48,759 nt of DNA from Actinomycetes bacterium. Its GTDB lineage: Bacteria > Actinomycetota > Acidimicrobiia > Acidimicrobiales > RAAP-2. Of the stretch, positions 19,179 through 28,886 are shown in pieces. The stretch covers positions 1-48,759 of the forward strand of contig JAKAPH010000001.1 in NCBI GenBank assembly GCA_021807265.1. The letters run 5' to 3'. The notes under the pieces are model-generated. The model worked only from the letters and a program-made list of their open reading frames with translations, did no database searches and was not told where the DNA came from. How positions within the stretch are numbered: the first letter of the stretch is position 1; each line of letters opens with the position of its first letter. The translations under genes and the position numbers were made by a program.

Positions 19179-20546
19179 CTACAGTCTCTCGAATCCGCGG
19201 AAGCGTTCCCAATCGGTCACGCTGGACTCGAATGCCTCGAGCTCGACGCGCCCGGCGCGGGCGTAGTGCGCCACGACCTCCTCGCCGAAGGCCGCGCGGG
19301 CGACGGCCGAATTCTCGAAGAGTTGCACCGCCTCGGTGAGCGTCGTGGGCACCCGGGCCACGTCGGCCAGGTAGGCGTTGCCCTCGAAGGCCGGCTCCAG
19401 CGCGAGGCCGGCGTCGACGCCGGCGAGGCCCGCCGCGACCAGGGCCGCCTCGGCCAGGTAGGGGTTCACGTCCCCGCCAGGGATGCGGCACTCCACGCGC
19501 AAGCTCGGCCCGTGGCCCACCACGCGGAAGGCGCACGTGCGGTTGTCGAGCCCCCAGACGATCGCCGTGGGCGCGAACGAGCCCACCACGAATCGCTTGT
19601 AGCTGTTCACGTTGGGCGCGAGCAGCAGCGAGAGCTCGCGCACGTGGGCGATCATGCCGGCGAGGAACGACTGGAAGGTCGCCGACATGCCGTGGGGCCC
19701 GTCGCCGGCGAAGACCGCGCCGTTCTCCTCGTCGCGCAGCGAGAGGTGGATGTGGCACGAGTTGCCCTCGCGCTCGTTGAACTTGGCCATGAAGGTCAGG
19801 CTGTAGCCGTCCTGGGCCGCGATCTCCTTGGCCCCGAGCTTGAAGAGGCCGTGCTCGTCGCACTTGTCCACCAGCTCGGCGTACTTGAAGGCCATCTCGT
19901 GCTGGCCGAAGTTGCACTCGCCCTTGACCGACTCGACCTCCATGCCCGCGCCGCGCATGGCGCGCCGAATCCGCCCGAGGAGCGGCTCGATGCGCGACGT
20001 GCCGAGCAATGAGTAGTCGACGTTGTACTGGTTCGCCGGCGTGAGGTCGCGGTACCCGCGATTCCACGCGTCCTCGTAGGTGTTGGCAAAGACGATGAAC
20101 TCGAGCTCGGTGCCGGTGAAGCCCCGCCAGCCGCGACTCGCGAGGCGCGCCACCTGCGCGGCGAGGACCTGTCGGGGCGAGACGGCGACCGACTCGCCCG
20201 CCACCGTCGTCACGTCGGCAAAGACGATGGCCGTCTTGTCGTGCCAGGGCACGAGGCGCACGCTCGACCAGTCCGGCGTGAAGGCGAGGTCACCGTAGCC
20301 GTGCTCCCAGGAGGTCAACGCGAAGCCGTCGACCGTGCGCATGTCCACGTCCGAGGCGAGCAGGTAGCTGCAGCCCTCCACCGCCCCCTCGAGGTACTCC
20401 TCGGCAAAGAACGTCGCGTCGATGCGCTTGCCCTGCAGCCGGCCCTGCATGTCCGTGATCGCCAGTATCACCGTGTCCAGATCGCCGTGCTTGATTCGCG
20501 CGAGCAACTCCTCGCGCGTCAGCCGCCCCGCCGCCCGTGTCGTCAT
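19179..20546 (-). CDS. glnA4: glutamine synthetase-like gamma-glutamyl-amine ligase (GlnA4 type)
   Basis: DMQGRLQGKR, SWEHGYGD, YNVDYS, KGECNFGQHE, NSYKRF, VECRIPGGDVNPY; same gene order as Rv2860c/SCO1613 clusters. Confidence 0.85.
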   Translation of the reverse strand: MTTRAAGRLTREELLARIKHGDLDTVILAITDMQGRLQGKRIDATFFAEEYLEGAVEGCSYLLASDVDMRTVDGFALTSWEHGYGDLAFTPDWSSVRLVPWHDKTAIVFADVTTVAGESVAVSPRQVLAAQVARLASRGWRGFTGTELEFIVFANTYEDAWNRGYRDLTPANQYNVDYSLLGTSRIEPLLGRIRRAMRGAGMEVESVKGECNFGQHEMAFKYAELVDKCDEHGLFKLGAKEIAAQDGYSLTFMAKFNEREGNSCHIHLSLRDEENGAVFAGDGPHGMSATFQSFLAGMIAHVRELSLLLAPNVNSYKRFVVGSFAPTAIVWGLDNRTCAFRVVGHGPSLRVECRIPGGDVNPYLAEAALVAAGLAGVDAGLALEPAFEGNAYLADVARVPTTLTEAVQLFENSAVARAAFGEEVVAHYARAGRVELEAFESSVTDWERFRGFERL

Positions 20547-20680
20547 ACATCCCTCCTCAACGATAAAAAAGACAGTAACCCTGCGCGCACGTCGTCTCCA
20601 ACGCTCGCGTTCCACGCATCGTGCCCGCGTGGTGGGCTAGGTCAACGGACACCGGCAGGTGGTCGGCGCGGTAACGCCAA

Positions 20681-20727
20681 CGTCGCGCGAGGGCCGGCCA
20701 CAACGACGGCGCGGCCCTCGCGCGACG
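20681..20727 (-). terminator. 16-bp perfect hairpin just after permease stop
   Basis: CGTCGCGCGAGGGCCG (20681-20696) / CGGCCCTCGCGCGACG (20712-20727). Confidence 0.6.
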
Positions 20728-20730
20728 GGA

Positions 20731-22329
20731 TCAAATGCTGAGTTCGTGTTCGATCGCCGCGAGCTCTTCCACCGTGCCCTGGATCTTTGGACCCTTGAAC
20801 CACTTGCGCGCCGACACCCCGTACCAGATGCCCGCGAAGCCCAGCACGACGGCGACCGCCACGGGCGTGAAGTTGAAGTCGGCGAAGTTGATCGGCGACG
20901 CCGTGGGCAGCATGAAGAGCACGCAGATGAAGGCGACCCAGATGATGGCGACCCAGTTGATGAAGGGTCCCCACTTGCCCAGCTTCCACGGCCCCGGCAC
21001 GAAGGCCGCGGCGTTGATGCGGCGCAGGAAGACCGGGATGAGATAAGCGACGTAGAGGCCGATCACCGCGACCGAAGTCACGGCGAAGTAGGCCACGGCG
21101 CTCTTGAGGTAGGTCGCCGACAGGATGAAGGCGCCGACCGCACCGAACCACGCCGAGTGCACCGGCACGTGGCTGCGCTTGCTCACGTGGTGGAAGTACT
21201 TGGAGAAGGGCACTGCACCGTCACGCGAGAAGGCGTAGATCATGCGCGAGTTCGCCGTCACCGACGCGATGCCACAGAAGAACTGCGCGCCGATGACCAC
21301 GAGCACGAGCAGTTCGCCCAGGACCCGTCCGGTCGCCTGCTCGAAGATCATGACCCACGGCGCGCCCCCGAAGGCGCCGGGCACGCTGGCGTAGTTCGTG
21401 TACGTCGAACCGGCCAGGGTGAAGGGAAAGGTGTGCGGGATGGCGGCACTGACACCGACCAGCAGCACGAACCCGGCTATCCACGACACCCAGATCGAGC
21501 TGACGATCCCCTTGGGCCCCGCGATGGCTGCGTTGTGGGTCTCCTCGGTGACGTGGGCCGACGCGTCATAGCCGGTGAAGGTGTACTGGGCGACCAGTAG
21601 GCCGAGCAAGAAGACGTAGAACGGCGCGGAGAAGCCCGACAGGCCCGAGAAGGCGTGCCAGCCCGCCGAGCCGAAGACGAAGCTGAAGCTCTGGTGCGCG
21701 TGCGAGGACGGCGCCACGTACAACAGCACCACGATCACCGCCACGCCCAGCAGGTGCCACCACACCGAGATGTGGTTGAACAGCGCCACCACGTTCACGC
21801 CGAAGGTGTTGATGAGGCCCTGCAGGAAGAGCAGGATGCCCGTGATCGCCACGACGTGCCCGGCCGACGTCCAGGCCGTGTGGCCCGTGAGCAGCTGCAG
21901 GAACGCCCCGACCGAGTAGCCACAGCCGAAGGTGATGCCGGCCGTGACGGCCACCTGACCGAGCAGGTTGAACCAGCCCGCGAACCACGACCACACGGGT
22001 CCGCTCTTGCCCGGGGCGAGCTTGGCCGCCCAGTAGTAGAGGCCACCGGCCGTCGGATAGGCCGAGCAGATCTCGGCCATCGAGAGCCCCGCGAACAGCA
22101 CGAGACCGCCAACGAGCACCCAGCCCCAGATCATGGTGGGCGGGCCGCCGTGCGAGAGGCCGTAGCTGTACAGCGTCAGGCATCCCGACAGGATCGAGAT
22201 GATGGTGAATGAAATGGCGAAGTTCGAAAAGCGACTCAGGTTACGGTTCAGCTCCTGGGCGTAGCCCATCTCATGAAGCCGTTGGGTGTCGCTCAACATC
22301 TCTGTCGGCCGGTCAAGTCCTTCTGGCAT
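20731..22329 (-). CDS. APC-family amino acid/amine permease
   Basis: GYAQELNR, NFAISF, AEICSAYPTAGGLY, GYDASAHVTEET, RMIYAFSRDGA. Confidence 0.9.
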   Translation of the reverse strand: MPEGLDRPTEMLSDTQRLHEMGYAQELNRNLSRFSNFAISFTIISILSGCLTLYSYGLSHGGPPTMIWGWVLVGGLVLFAGLSMAEICSAYPTAGGLYYWAAKLAPGKSGPVWSWFAGWFNLLGQVAVTAGITFGCGYSVGAFLQLLTGHTAWTSAGHVVAITGILLFLQGLINTFGVNVVALFNHISVWWHLLGVAVIVVLLYVAPSSHAHQSFSFVFGSAGWHAFSGLSGFSAPFYVFLLGLLVAQYTFTGYDASAHVTEETHNAAIAGPKGIVSSIWVSWIAGFVLLVGVSAAIPHTFPFTLAGSTYTNYASVPGAFGGAPWVMIFEQATGRVLGELLVLVVIGAQFFCGIASVTANSRMIYAFSRDGAVPFSKYFHHVSKRSHVPVHSAWFGAVGAFILSATYLKSAVAYFAVTSVAVIGLYVAYLIPVFLRRINAAAFVPGPWKLGKWGPFINWVAIIWVAFICVLFMLPTASPINFADFNFTPVAVAVVLGFAGIWYGVSARKWFKGPKIQGTVEELAAIEHELSI

Positions 22330-22372
22330 TGTTGCCCCCCACTACCGGCTCGGGCTGAGCCGTATTTGCGAG

Positions 22373-22401
22373 AGCATAGAGTTGCGTGACTAGGCCAGCA
22401 A
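22373..22401 (-). promoter_or_regulatory. putative sigma-A promoter of permease
   Basis: Minus strand TTGCTG-N17-TATGCT ending 43 nt upstream of the ATG. Confidence 0.45.
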
Positions 22402-22836
22402 GGCAAATTGCTGAGCGCTTTTTATCATATCTACGTGCGAGTAATGCGGTCGTGCCACCGGCAATGATGGTGGCGCGAGGTCGCTTATTCGTCGAGGTGG
22501 CGACGGTGTTTTACCCACTGTTTGGGGCGTCGCCGCGAGCTAATTCGGCCACGCCCCCAGTGAAAATGCCGGTGGCATCCGGTGGCGAATTCTCGGAGCG
22601 TTCTTATCCTGTTACGACGCCACGCGATCGCGTGTGCGAACGTCGCGACTACTCGGTGCCAACGGATCGACGCGCCATCGAACGGCAACCTCGTCGACGC
22701 ACGCTCACCGGCGACGGTGGACAATCGGGCAGGTCTCGTCACCGCGACGTTGTCACCGTTGGGTCGTGACCGACGGCGCCAGTGCGATGAGTCCTCAGCG
22801 CATCGAGCGCGTGACCAACGCGGGTGCGTAGTTGGG

Positions 22837-23298
22837 TTAGTCGGTAAGCGCGGCGAGTACTCGCGCGGCGTGGCCGTTCGCGCGCACGCCGTACCAGGCG
22901 TGCTCGACGAGGCCGGTCGGGCCGATCACGAAGGTCGAGCGGATGACGCCGATCACCGTCTTGCCGTAGAGCTTCTTCTCGCCGTAGGCGCCGTAGGCGG
23001 CCATCACCGACCGGTCGGGGTCCGAGAGCAGCGTGAAGTTGAGGCCGTACTTGGCGATGAAGCGCTGGTGCTTGCTCCCGCCGTCGGGCGAGACGCCGAG
23101 CACCGTCACCGCGAGGTCGCTGAATTTGCTGAGCTCGTCGTTGAACTGGCAGGCCTCGGTCGTACAGCCCGGGGTGTCGTCGGCGGGGTAGAAGTAGAGC
23201 ACGACACGGCGCCCGGCGAAGTCCGCGAGGCTCACCGGCGAGTCCGACTGGTCAGTCAACGTGAAGGCGGGCGCGGTGGCGCCGATCTCGAGTTTCAT
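22837..23298 (-). CDS. bcp: thioredoxin-dependent peroxiredoxin BCP
   Basis: LYFYPADDTPGCTTEAC, RSTFVI. Confidence 0.93.
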   Translation of the reverse strand: MKLEIGATAPAFTLTDQSDSPVSLADFAGRRVVLYFYPADDTPGCTTEACQFNDELSKFSDLAVTVLGVSPDGGSKHQRFIAKYGLNFTLLSDPDRSVMAAYGAYGEKKLYGKTVIGVIRSTFVIGPTGLVEHAWYGVRANGHAARVLAALTD

Positions 23299-23420
23299 GG
23301 TGCCTCCGTACGGGTGGGTGGATTCGGACCTAGACTAGATGCGGAGCTCGAGGATTGAGCTCGGGCCCACCTTCCCTTACGAACGCCGGTTTCGGGTCCA
23401 ACCGAGAAGACGGATGTTCC

Positions 23421-24659
23421 GTGAGTAGCCAGACCACTGAGTCGGTCACAACCGACTCGTACGCCACCAATCAAACCTTCGCCGAACTGGGCGTGGACAC
23501 CCGCCTCGTTGAGGTCCTCTCCAGTCAGGGAATCACCACCGCCTTCCCGATTCAGGCGCTGACCATTCACGACGCCCTCGCCGGGCGCGACGTCTGCGGC
23601 AAGGCCAAGACCGGCTCGGGCAAAACCCTGGGCTTCGGTCTGCCGATGCTTCAGCGCATCGCCGCCACCCCCGGCCCGACCGGCTCGGGACCCGCGCGGC
23701 CGCGCGGACTGGTCTTGCTGCCCACGCGCGAGCTCGCCGTGCAGGTCCACGAGGTCCTCGAACCCCTCGGCGCCGCCCTCGGGCTCGCCGTCACCGCCGT
23801 CTACGGCGGCGCGGACATCGAGCGCCAGGTGAAGAACCTGCGCAAGGGCAGCGACGTGATCATCGCCACGCCGGGTCGGCTCATCGACCTCGGCGACCGC
23901 GGCGAGGTGAAGGTCGAGGGTCTCGACGTGCTCGTGCTCGACGAGGCCGACCGCATGGCCGACATGGGCTTCATGCCCCAGGTCGAATGGGTGCTGCGCC
24001 GCATCGCCACCCGGACCCACCAGACCCTGCTGTTCTCGGCGACGCTCGACGGCGCGATCGACCGGCTGGTGAAGCGCTATCTCACCGACCCGGTCTTCCA
24101 CGAGGTCGCGAGTGACACCCAGACCGTCGCGCTGATGGCCCACCACTTCTTGAACGTCCACCAGATGGACCGCGTCAAGGTCGCCGCGACGATCTGCAAG
24201 TCCTTCGGCAAGACGATCATCTTCTGTCGCACCAAGCGCGGCGCCGACCGCTTGGTCGAACAGCTCCAGAAAGAGGGCGTGAACGCCGCCGCGATTCACG
24301 GCGACTTGCGCCAGACCCAGCGCGAGAAGGCGCTGGCCGACTTCAGCGCGGACAAGCTCCCGGTGCTCGTCGCCACCGACGTGGCGGCGCGAGGCCTGCA
24401 CATCGACGCGGTGGACTGCGTGATGCACTTCGACCCGCCCGAGGACCACAAGGCTTACCTGCACCGCTCGGGGCGCACCGCGCGCGCCGGCTCGACCGGC
24501 GTGGTCGTGTCGCTGCTGTTGTGGAACCAGATCATTGAGGCGCAGGTGATCATGCGCCGGCTCGCCCTGAAGCGGCCGATCGTCGAAGTGTTCTCGAACA
24601 ACCCCCACCTGCGCGACCTCGCGGCCTGGGAGCCCACGATGGAGGAATCGGTTCTGTGA
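23421..24659 (+). CDS. DEAD-box RNA helicase
   Basis: Q motif, AKTGSGKT, PTRELA, TPGR, DEAD, SAT, HRSGRTAR; start uncertain. Confidence 0.93.
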   Translation: MSSQTTESVTTDSYATNQTFAELGVDTRLVEVLSSQGITTAFPIQALTIHDALAGRDVCGKAKTGSGKTLGFGLPMLQRIAATPGPTGSGPARPRGLVLLPTRELAVQVHEVLEPLGAALGLAVTAVYGGADIERQVKNLRKGSDVIIATPGRLIDLGDRGEVKVEGLDVLVLDEADRMADMGFMPQVEWVLRRIATRTHQTLLFSATLDGAIDRLVKRYLTDPVFHEVASDTQTVALMAHHFLNVHQMDRVKVAATICKSFGKTIIFCRTKRGADRLVEQLQKEGVNAAAIHGDLRQTQREKALADFSADKLPVLVATDVAARGLHIDAVDCVMHFDPPEDHKAYLHRSGRTARAGSTGVVVSLLLWNQIIEAQVIMRRLALKRPIVEVFSNNPHLRDLAAWEPTMEESVL

Positions 24660-25393
24660 AATCGAGCGTTGCCCGATACAAGAAGGACCCCAAGGTCAAG
24701 CGCGCGCTCGCGGTGATGGCCCATCCCGACGACGTGGACTTCGGGTCAGGTGGCACCATCGCGCGACTCACCCGCGACGGCGTGCACGTGTCCTACTGCC
24801 TCGTCACCTCCGGTGACGCCGGCGGCGACTCGTCGCGCGCGACACCTGAGGAGCGCGCCGTTACCCGCGAGGCCGAGCAGCGCGCGGCCGCCGCGGAGCT
24901 CGGCGTCAACGATCTGACGTTCCTGCGCTTCGGCGACGGCAGGGTGGAGGTGACCCTCGAGCTGCGTAAGGCCATCGCCCGCGTGATCCGCCAGACGCGC
25001 CCCGACCTCGTGATCTGCCAGAGTCCCGAGCGTAACTACGAGCGGATCTTCGCCTCGCACCCCGACCACCTCGCGGCCGGCGAGGCCACTCTGCGCGCCA
25101 TCTACCCCGATGCTCGCAACCCCCACGCCTTCCCCGAACTGCTCGCCGAAGGCCTCGAGCCCCACGCGGTGCCGACGGTATGGCTCGCGAGTTCGGTCGA
25201 CCCGACGATGATCGTCGACATCACCAAGACCTTCTCGCGCAAAGTCGCCGGACTTCGCCGGCACGCCTCACAGGTCGGCGATCGTGATGACCTCGAGGCG
25301 AACGTTAAACAGTGGGCGCGCGCGACCGCCAAGCGGTTCGGGCTGGGTAAGAAGCGACTCGCCGAGAGTTTCAGAGTCGTCACCACCGCCTGA
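24656..25393 (+). CDS. PIG-L/LmbE family deacetylase
   Basis: AHPDD, TSGDAG, REAEQRAAA, HPDH, HASQ. Confidence 0.88.
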   Translation: MKSSVARYKKDPKVKRALAVMAHPDDVDFGSGGTIARLTRDGVHVSYCLVTSGDAGGDSSRATPEERAVTREAEQRAAAAELGVNDLTFLRFGDGRVEVTLELRKAIARVIRQTRPDLVICQSPERNYERIFASHPDHLAAGEATLRAIYPDARNPHAFPELLAEGLEPHAVPTVWLASSVDPTMIVDITKTFSRKVAGLRRHASQVGDRDDLEANVKQWARATAKRFGLGKKRLAESFRVVTTA

Positions 25394-25497
25394 TTCATTC
25401 ACACGCAACTCTCAGAGTTCTCACGGGAGCGGTTGAGATTGCCCCCGTACGATTTCGCTGACGCCAAAATGGCGCAGACTCGAACGGAGACCCGACT

Positions 25498-27096
25498 ATG
25501 GCATTCAAGTACCAACGGCCAGTGGCCCGAGCGGCGAGCCTGGCGGCCGCTCTCGCCCTGACGATTCCCCTGGCGCCGCTCGCCGCGAGCGCCGCGAAGT
25601 CATCCGTCGCTGTCGCAGTACGCGGCACCGTGGTTGACACGAACAGCGCCCGGCACACACTCGTGATTGCAACTGGCAAGGCGACGGACACGGTTCGTTT
25701 CTCGAACCCCCGCGTTGTCGCCAAGGTAGCGCTCGGCACCGTTGTCATGGTACGTGCGTCGCGCCTCGCTGACGGCACCTTCAGGGCGATGTCGTTGCGG
25801 GCCCAGGGTCATGCGAACCACACGACCATCCACGGGACCGTCGTGAGCGCAACGGCGAAGGGCTTGGTGCTCTCGACGGGCACCAGCACCATCGCGGTTA
25901 CCCACGGCAACGCCGTCTCGACCGTCGCTAAGACCGGACGTAAGAGCCATGACTCATCCTCACTGCCCGGCGTCGGCACTGACGTGAGCGTCGGCGTCAA
26001 CATTGGACAGTCGGGCCTCGATGAGACCTCGGTCACCGACCTTGGCCAGAGCGGCTTCGTCGGTCTCGAGGGAACACTCGCCAGCATCTCGACCGGTACG
26101 GTCGCCTCAGGTACTACTCCCGCCACTGGCCCGTCGCTGGTGATCAATGTCGAAGACGGTGCCGCGACGACGGTCATGATCCCGCCTTCGATCACGATCC
26201 CCTCAACGATTCATGCGGGTGACACTGTCGAACTGCTCACCTCCTACTCGGGTGGCGTCTTCACGCTGGTCACGATTACCGACGACAGCATCGCCGCGAC
26301 CCAGACCAGCAACGGCGTGTCGACCGACCAGAGCAACGCTGGCTACATCGAGGCCGAGGGCATCGTGACCGCGATCACGCCAATTACGGGCAGCCCAATC
26401 ACGAGTCTTACTGTCCAGCCCGGTGACGGTGTTGCGGCGATGACCTTCGTGGTTGACACCGGCACCACCATGCTGGGCACCCCGCAGGTCGGCTCACGAG
26501 TTCACGTGATGGCAACCGAGTCGACTGTTGGCACCGTCTCGACGTTGACGGCGGTGACGGTTCATGTACAGCAGGCTGAGGGCGAAGGCTATGGCTTCAT
26601 GTCTACGGAAGCAGAGGGCCTGGTTCAGTCATACTTGCCGGCCCAGGGAGCGACCAATGGCAGCCTTACCATTCTGAGCGGTGACAGCGCCACGCCGATG
26701 ACCTTCGTGGTGACGTCGGCGACAGACGTGCAGGGTACGCCGGCAGCGCCTGGGCTCGTGCACGTGAAGGCGACCGTCTCGGGCACGACCTTGACCGCGG
26801 TGTCCATTCGCGTTCAGCAGCCCGAGGGCGACCAGGGCAACCAGAACAACCAGGGCACCCAGACTGACACGACGCACATCGACGGAGCTTTCATCAGTGA
26901 CACCCCTGTTACTAATGTCACTGGTGTCGCTAGTTCGCTCGTCATCCAGCCCAGTGACAGCGCCACCCCGGTAACAATTTTTGTTCCCACCACCTTCACC
27001 ACCCCCATTACCTTCACCGCCGGTGCGCAGGTCAACGCGACAGTCACCTCGTCGGGCGGCACGTTCACGCTGGTGGACATCGTTCCCAACGACTGA
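25498..27096 (+). CDS. secreted Thr/Val-rich protein with tandem DUF5666-like (OB-fold-like) repeats
   Basis: Signal peptide (…PLAASA); repeats of EGxV…L.V…TFVV…VHV.AT…LTAV.I/V. Confidence 0.65.
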   Translation: MAFKYQRPVARAASLAAALALTIPLAPLAASAAKSSVAVAVRGTVVDTNSARHTLVIATGKATDTVRFSNPRVVAKVALGTVVMVRASRLADGTFRAMSLRAQGHANHTTIHGTVVSATAKGLVLSTGTSTIAVTHGNAVSTVAKTGRKSHDSSSLPGVGTDVSVGVNIGQSGLDETSVTDLGQSGFVGLEGTLASISTGTVASGTTPATGPSLVINVEDGAATTVMIPPSITIPSTIHAGDTVELLTSYSGGVFTLVTITDDSIAATQTSNGVSTDQSNAGYIEAEGIVTAITPITGSPITSLTVQPGDGVAAMTFVVDTGTTMLGTPQVGSRVHVMATESTVGTVSTLTAVTVHVQQAEGEGYGFMSTEAEGLVQSYLPAQGATNGSLTILSGDSATPMTFVVTSATDVQGTPAAPGLVHVKATVSGTTLTAVSIRVQQPEGDQGNQNNQGTQTDTTHIDGAFISDTPVTNVTGVASSLVIQPSDSATPVTIFVPTTFTTPITFTAGAQVNATVTSSGGTFTLVDIVPND

Positions 27097-27101
27097 TCGG
27101 G

Positions 27102-27147
27102 ACCCTAGGTCCGGTGTCCGACGAGGGTCGGACACCGGACCTAGGGT
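27102..27147 (+). terminator. 21-bp perfect inverted repeat, 4-nt loop
   Basis: ACCCTAGGTCCGGTGTCCGAC-GAGG-GTCGGACACCGGACCTAGGGT, 5 nt after the stop codon. Confidence 0.7.
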
Positions 27148-27153
27148 GACGGC

Positions 27154-28857
27154 GTGGGTCACGAATCGTCGCGTCACCCGGCGCCGCGCACACCAGTAGC
27201 GCGGCGCGTCGCCACGCACGGGCTGCCCCACCTCTTCCAAGGCGTGACCCGTGCCACCGTGCCGCGTGAGACCTTGGCCGGAATCACGCTGCTCGCCATC
27301 GCCATTCCCGAGCAGCTTGCGACATCCCAACTGGCCGGCGCGCCCGCCTTCTTCGCGATGATCGCCTTCATTGCGGCCACCCTCGCCTTCACGTTCTTCG
27401 GCTCGAACCCCATCGTCTCGGTGGGCGCCGATTCGACCATCGCGCCGCTGTTCGCCGTGGCGATCGCGCACCTGGCGGTGACGGGCTCGACCCAGTACCT
27501 CACGCTCGTGGCCGCTACCGCGGTCGTGACCGGCATCCTGGTCGCCGCCGTGGGACTGCTTCGCCTCGGGTGGATGGCGGACTTCCTCTCGGCGCCCATC
27601 ATCACGGGTTTCATGGCCGGCATCGGGGTCATCATCATCGTGCACCAGCTGCCCAAGGCGCTCGGGGTTGCCGGCGGCGGCGAGTCCGTCGGCGGGCGTC
27701 TCGGCGCGATCGCCGGCCAGCTCGCCCACGTCCAGGGCTGGCCGCTCGCGCTCGCGATCGGTACCCTCGCCCTGATGGTGATGGGGGAGCGGGTCAACCC
27801 GCGCTGGCCGACGGCGCTGCTCGCCGTGCTTGCGGCGACGGCCCTGACCGCCCTGCTCTCGCTCGGTCACCACGGGGTGAGCGAGCTCGGGTCGGTCATG
27901 GTCGGCACCCCTACCTGGCGCCTGCGCTGGCTCTCGATCCACCAGTGGGGCGTCGTCGTGGCGACCTCGATCACGCTGATGATCGTCGTCATCTCCCAGA
28001 GCGCGATGACCTCGCGTGTCTCGGCCGACGAGATCGGTGTCGGCGAGGACCTGAACCGGGACTTCGTCGGTGTGGGCGCGGCCAACGTCGTGGCGGGACT
28101 GCTCGGTGCCTTCCCCGTGGACGCGAGTCCCGCGCGCACGACGGTCACGCGTCTGGCGGGCGGCCGTACGCGCCTGCCCGGGGTGGTCGCAGCCCTGCTC
28201 GCGCTCGCGCTCGCCCCGCTCGCCGCCTACGCCCACCAGATCCCGATGGCGGTGCTCGCCGGCGTGCTCTTCTTCATCGCCGGCCGGCTCATCAAGATTG
28301 AGCAGTTCCGCGCGATCTGGCGCTCGAGTCGCAGCGAGTTCGCCGTCGCGCTGGTCTCGGCGTTCGGCGTGATCGTCTTTGGCGTCGAGCTGGGCCTGGG
28401 CGTGGCCGTCGGTCTGGCGATCGCCATGCGCACCTGGCGCTCGGCGCGCCCGCACATGATCGAGCTCGGTCGCCGGCGCGACACGACCAGTTGGGAGCCG
28501 CTCGACCGGCACCACGTCGAGCACGTCGACCACGTGCTCGCCGTGTTCTTCGACGAGGCGCTCTACTTCGCGAACTCAGGTGTGTTCCGCCGCGAGATCC
28601 ACGAACTGCTCGCAAAGAACCCGTCGACTAAGCACGTGGTGATCGACGCGGTCGCAATGCCCGACATCGACTACACGGGCCTGCAGTCGTTCACCGAGAT
28701 CGTTTCGGACCTCGACGCCGAAGGTATCGACGTGCTCGTCGCGCGCGCCAACGACGCCGTTCGCCGACAGCTGTCCAACGCGCCGGACCACTGCGTGCGC
28801 GACCTGACGATCTATGACAGCGTGGACACGGCCGTCGCGCACGCCATAGGTAAGTAG
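27154..28857 (+). CDS. SulP/SLC26 anion transporter with STAS domain
   Basis: AGITLLAIAIPEQLA, VGADST, RLGWMADFLS, SPART, LYFAN, DIDYTG. Confidence 0.9.
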   Translation: MGHESSRHPAPRTPVARRVATHGLPHLFQGVTRATVPRETLAGITLLAIAIPEQLATSQLAGAPAFFAMIAFIAATLAFTFFGSNPIVSVGADSTIAPLFAVAIAHLAVTGSTQYLTLVAATAVVTGILVAAVGLLRLGWMADFLSAPIITGFMAGIGVIIIVHQLPKALGVAGGGESVGGRLGAIAGQLAHVQGWPLALAIGTLALMVMGERVNPRWPTALLAVLAATALTALLSLGHHGVSELGSVMVGTPTWRLRWLSIHQWGVVVATSITLMIVVISQSAMTSRVSADEIGVGEDLNRDFVGVGAANVVAGLLGAFPVDASPARTTVTRLAGGRTRLPGVVAALLALALAPLAAYAHQIPMAVLAGVLFFIAGRLIKIEQFRAIWRSSRSEFAVALVSAFGVIVFGVELGLGVAVGLAIAMRTWRSARPHMIELGRRRDTTSWEPLDRHHVEHVDHVLAVFFDEALYFANSGVFRREIHELLAKNPSTKHVVIDAVAMPDIDYTGLQSFTEIVSDLDAEGIDVLVARANDAVRRQLSNAPDHCVRDLTIYDSVDTAVAHAIGK

Positions 28858-28886
28858 TCCCGCCGATGCGCCGCTAGCGTTGCACT

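Noticed and set aside
17821-20067. Apparent 748-aa ALDH with N-terminal extension (likewise extended ORFs at 1491, 2264, 10710-12254, 41367)
   Set aside because: Extensions overlap upstream genes in another frame and are Arg/Gly-rich noise; starts were reassigned
22386-22769. 127-aa ORF in the long intergenic region
   Set aside because: No RBS or motif, overlaps the predicted permease promoter
25394-25430. TCTCAG/TCTCAC direct repeat resembling an MprA box
   Set aside because: Repeat period is 9 nt rather than 11; too weak
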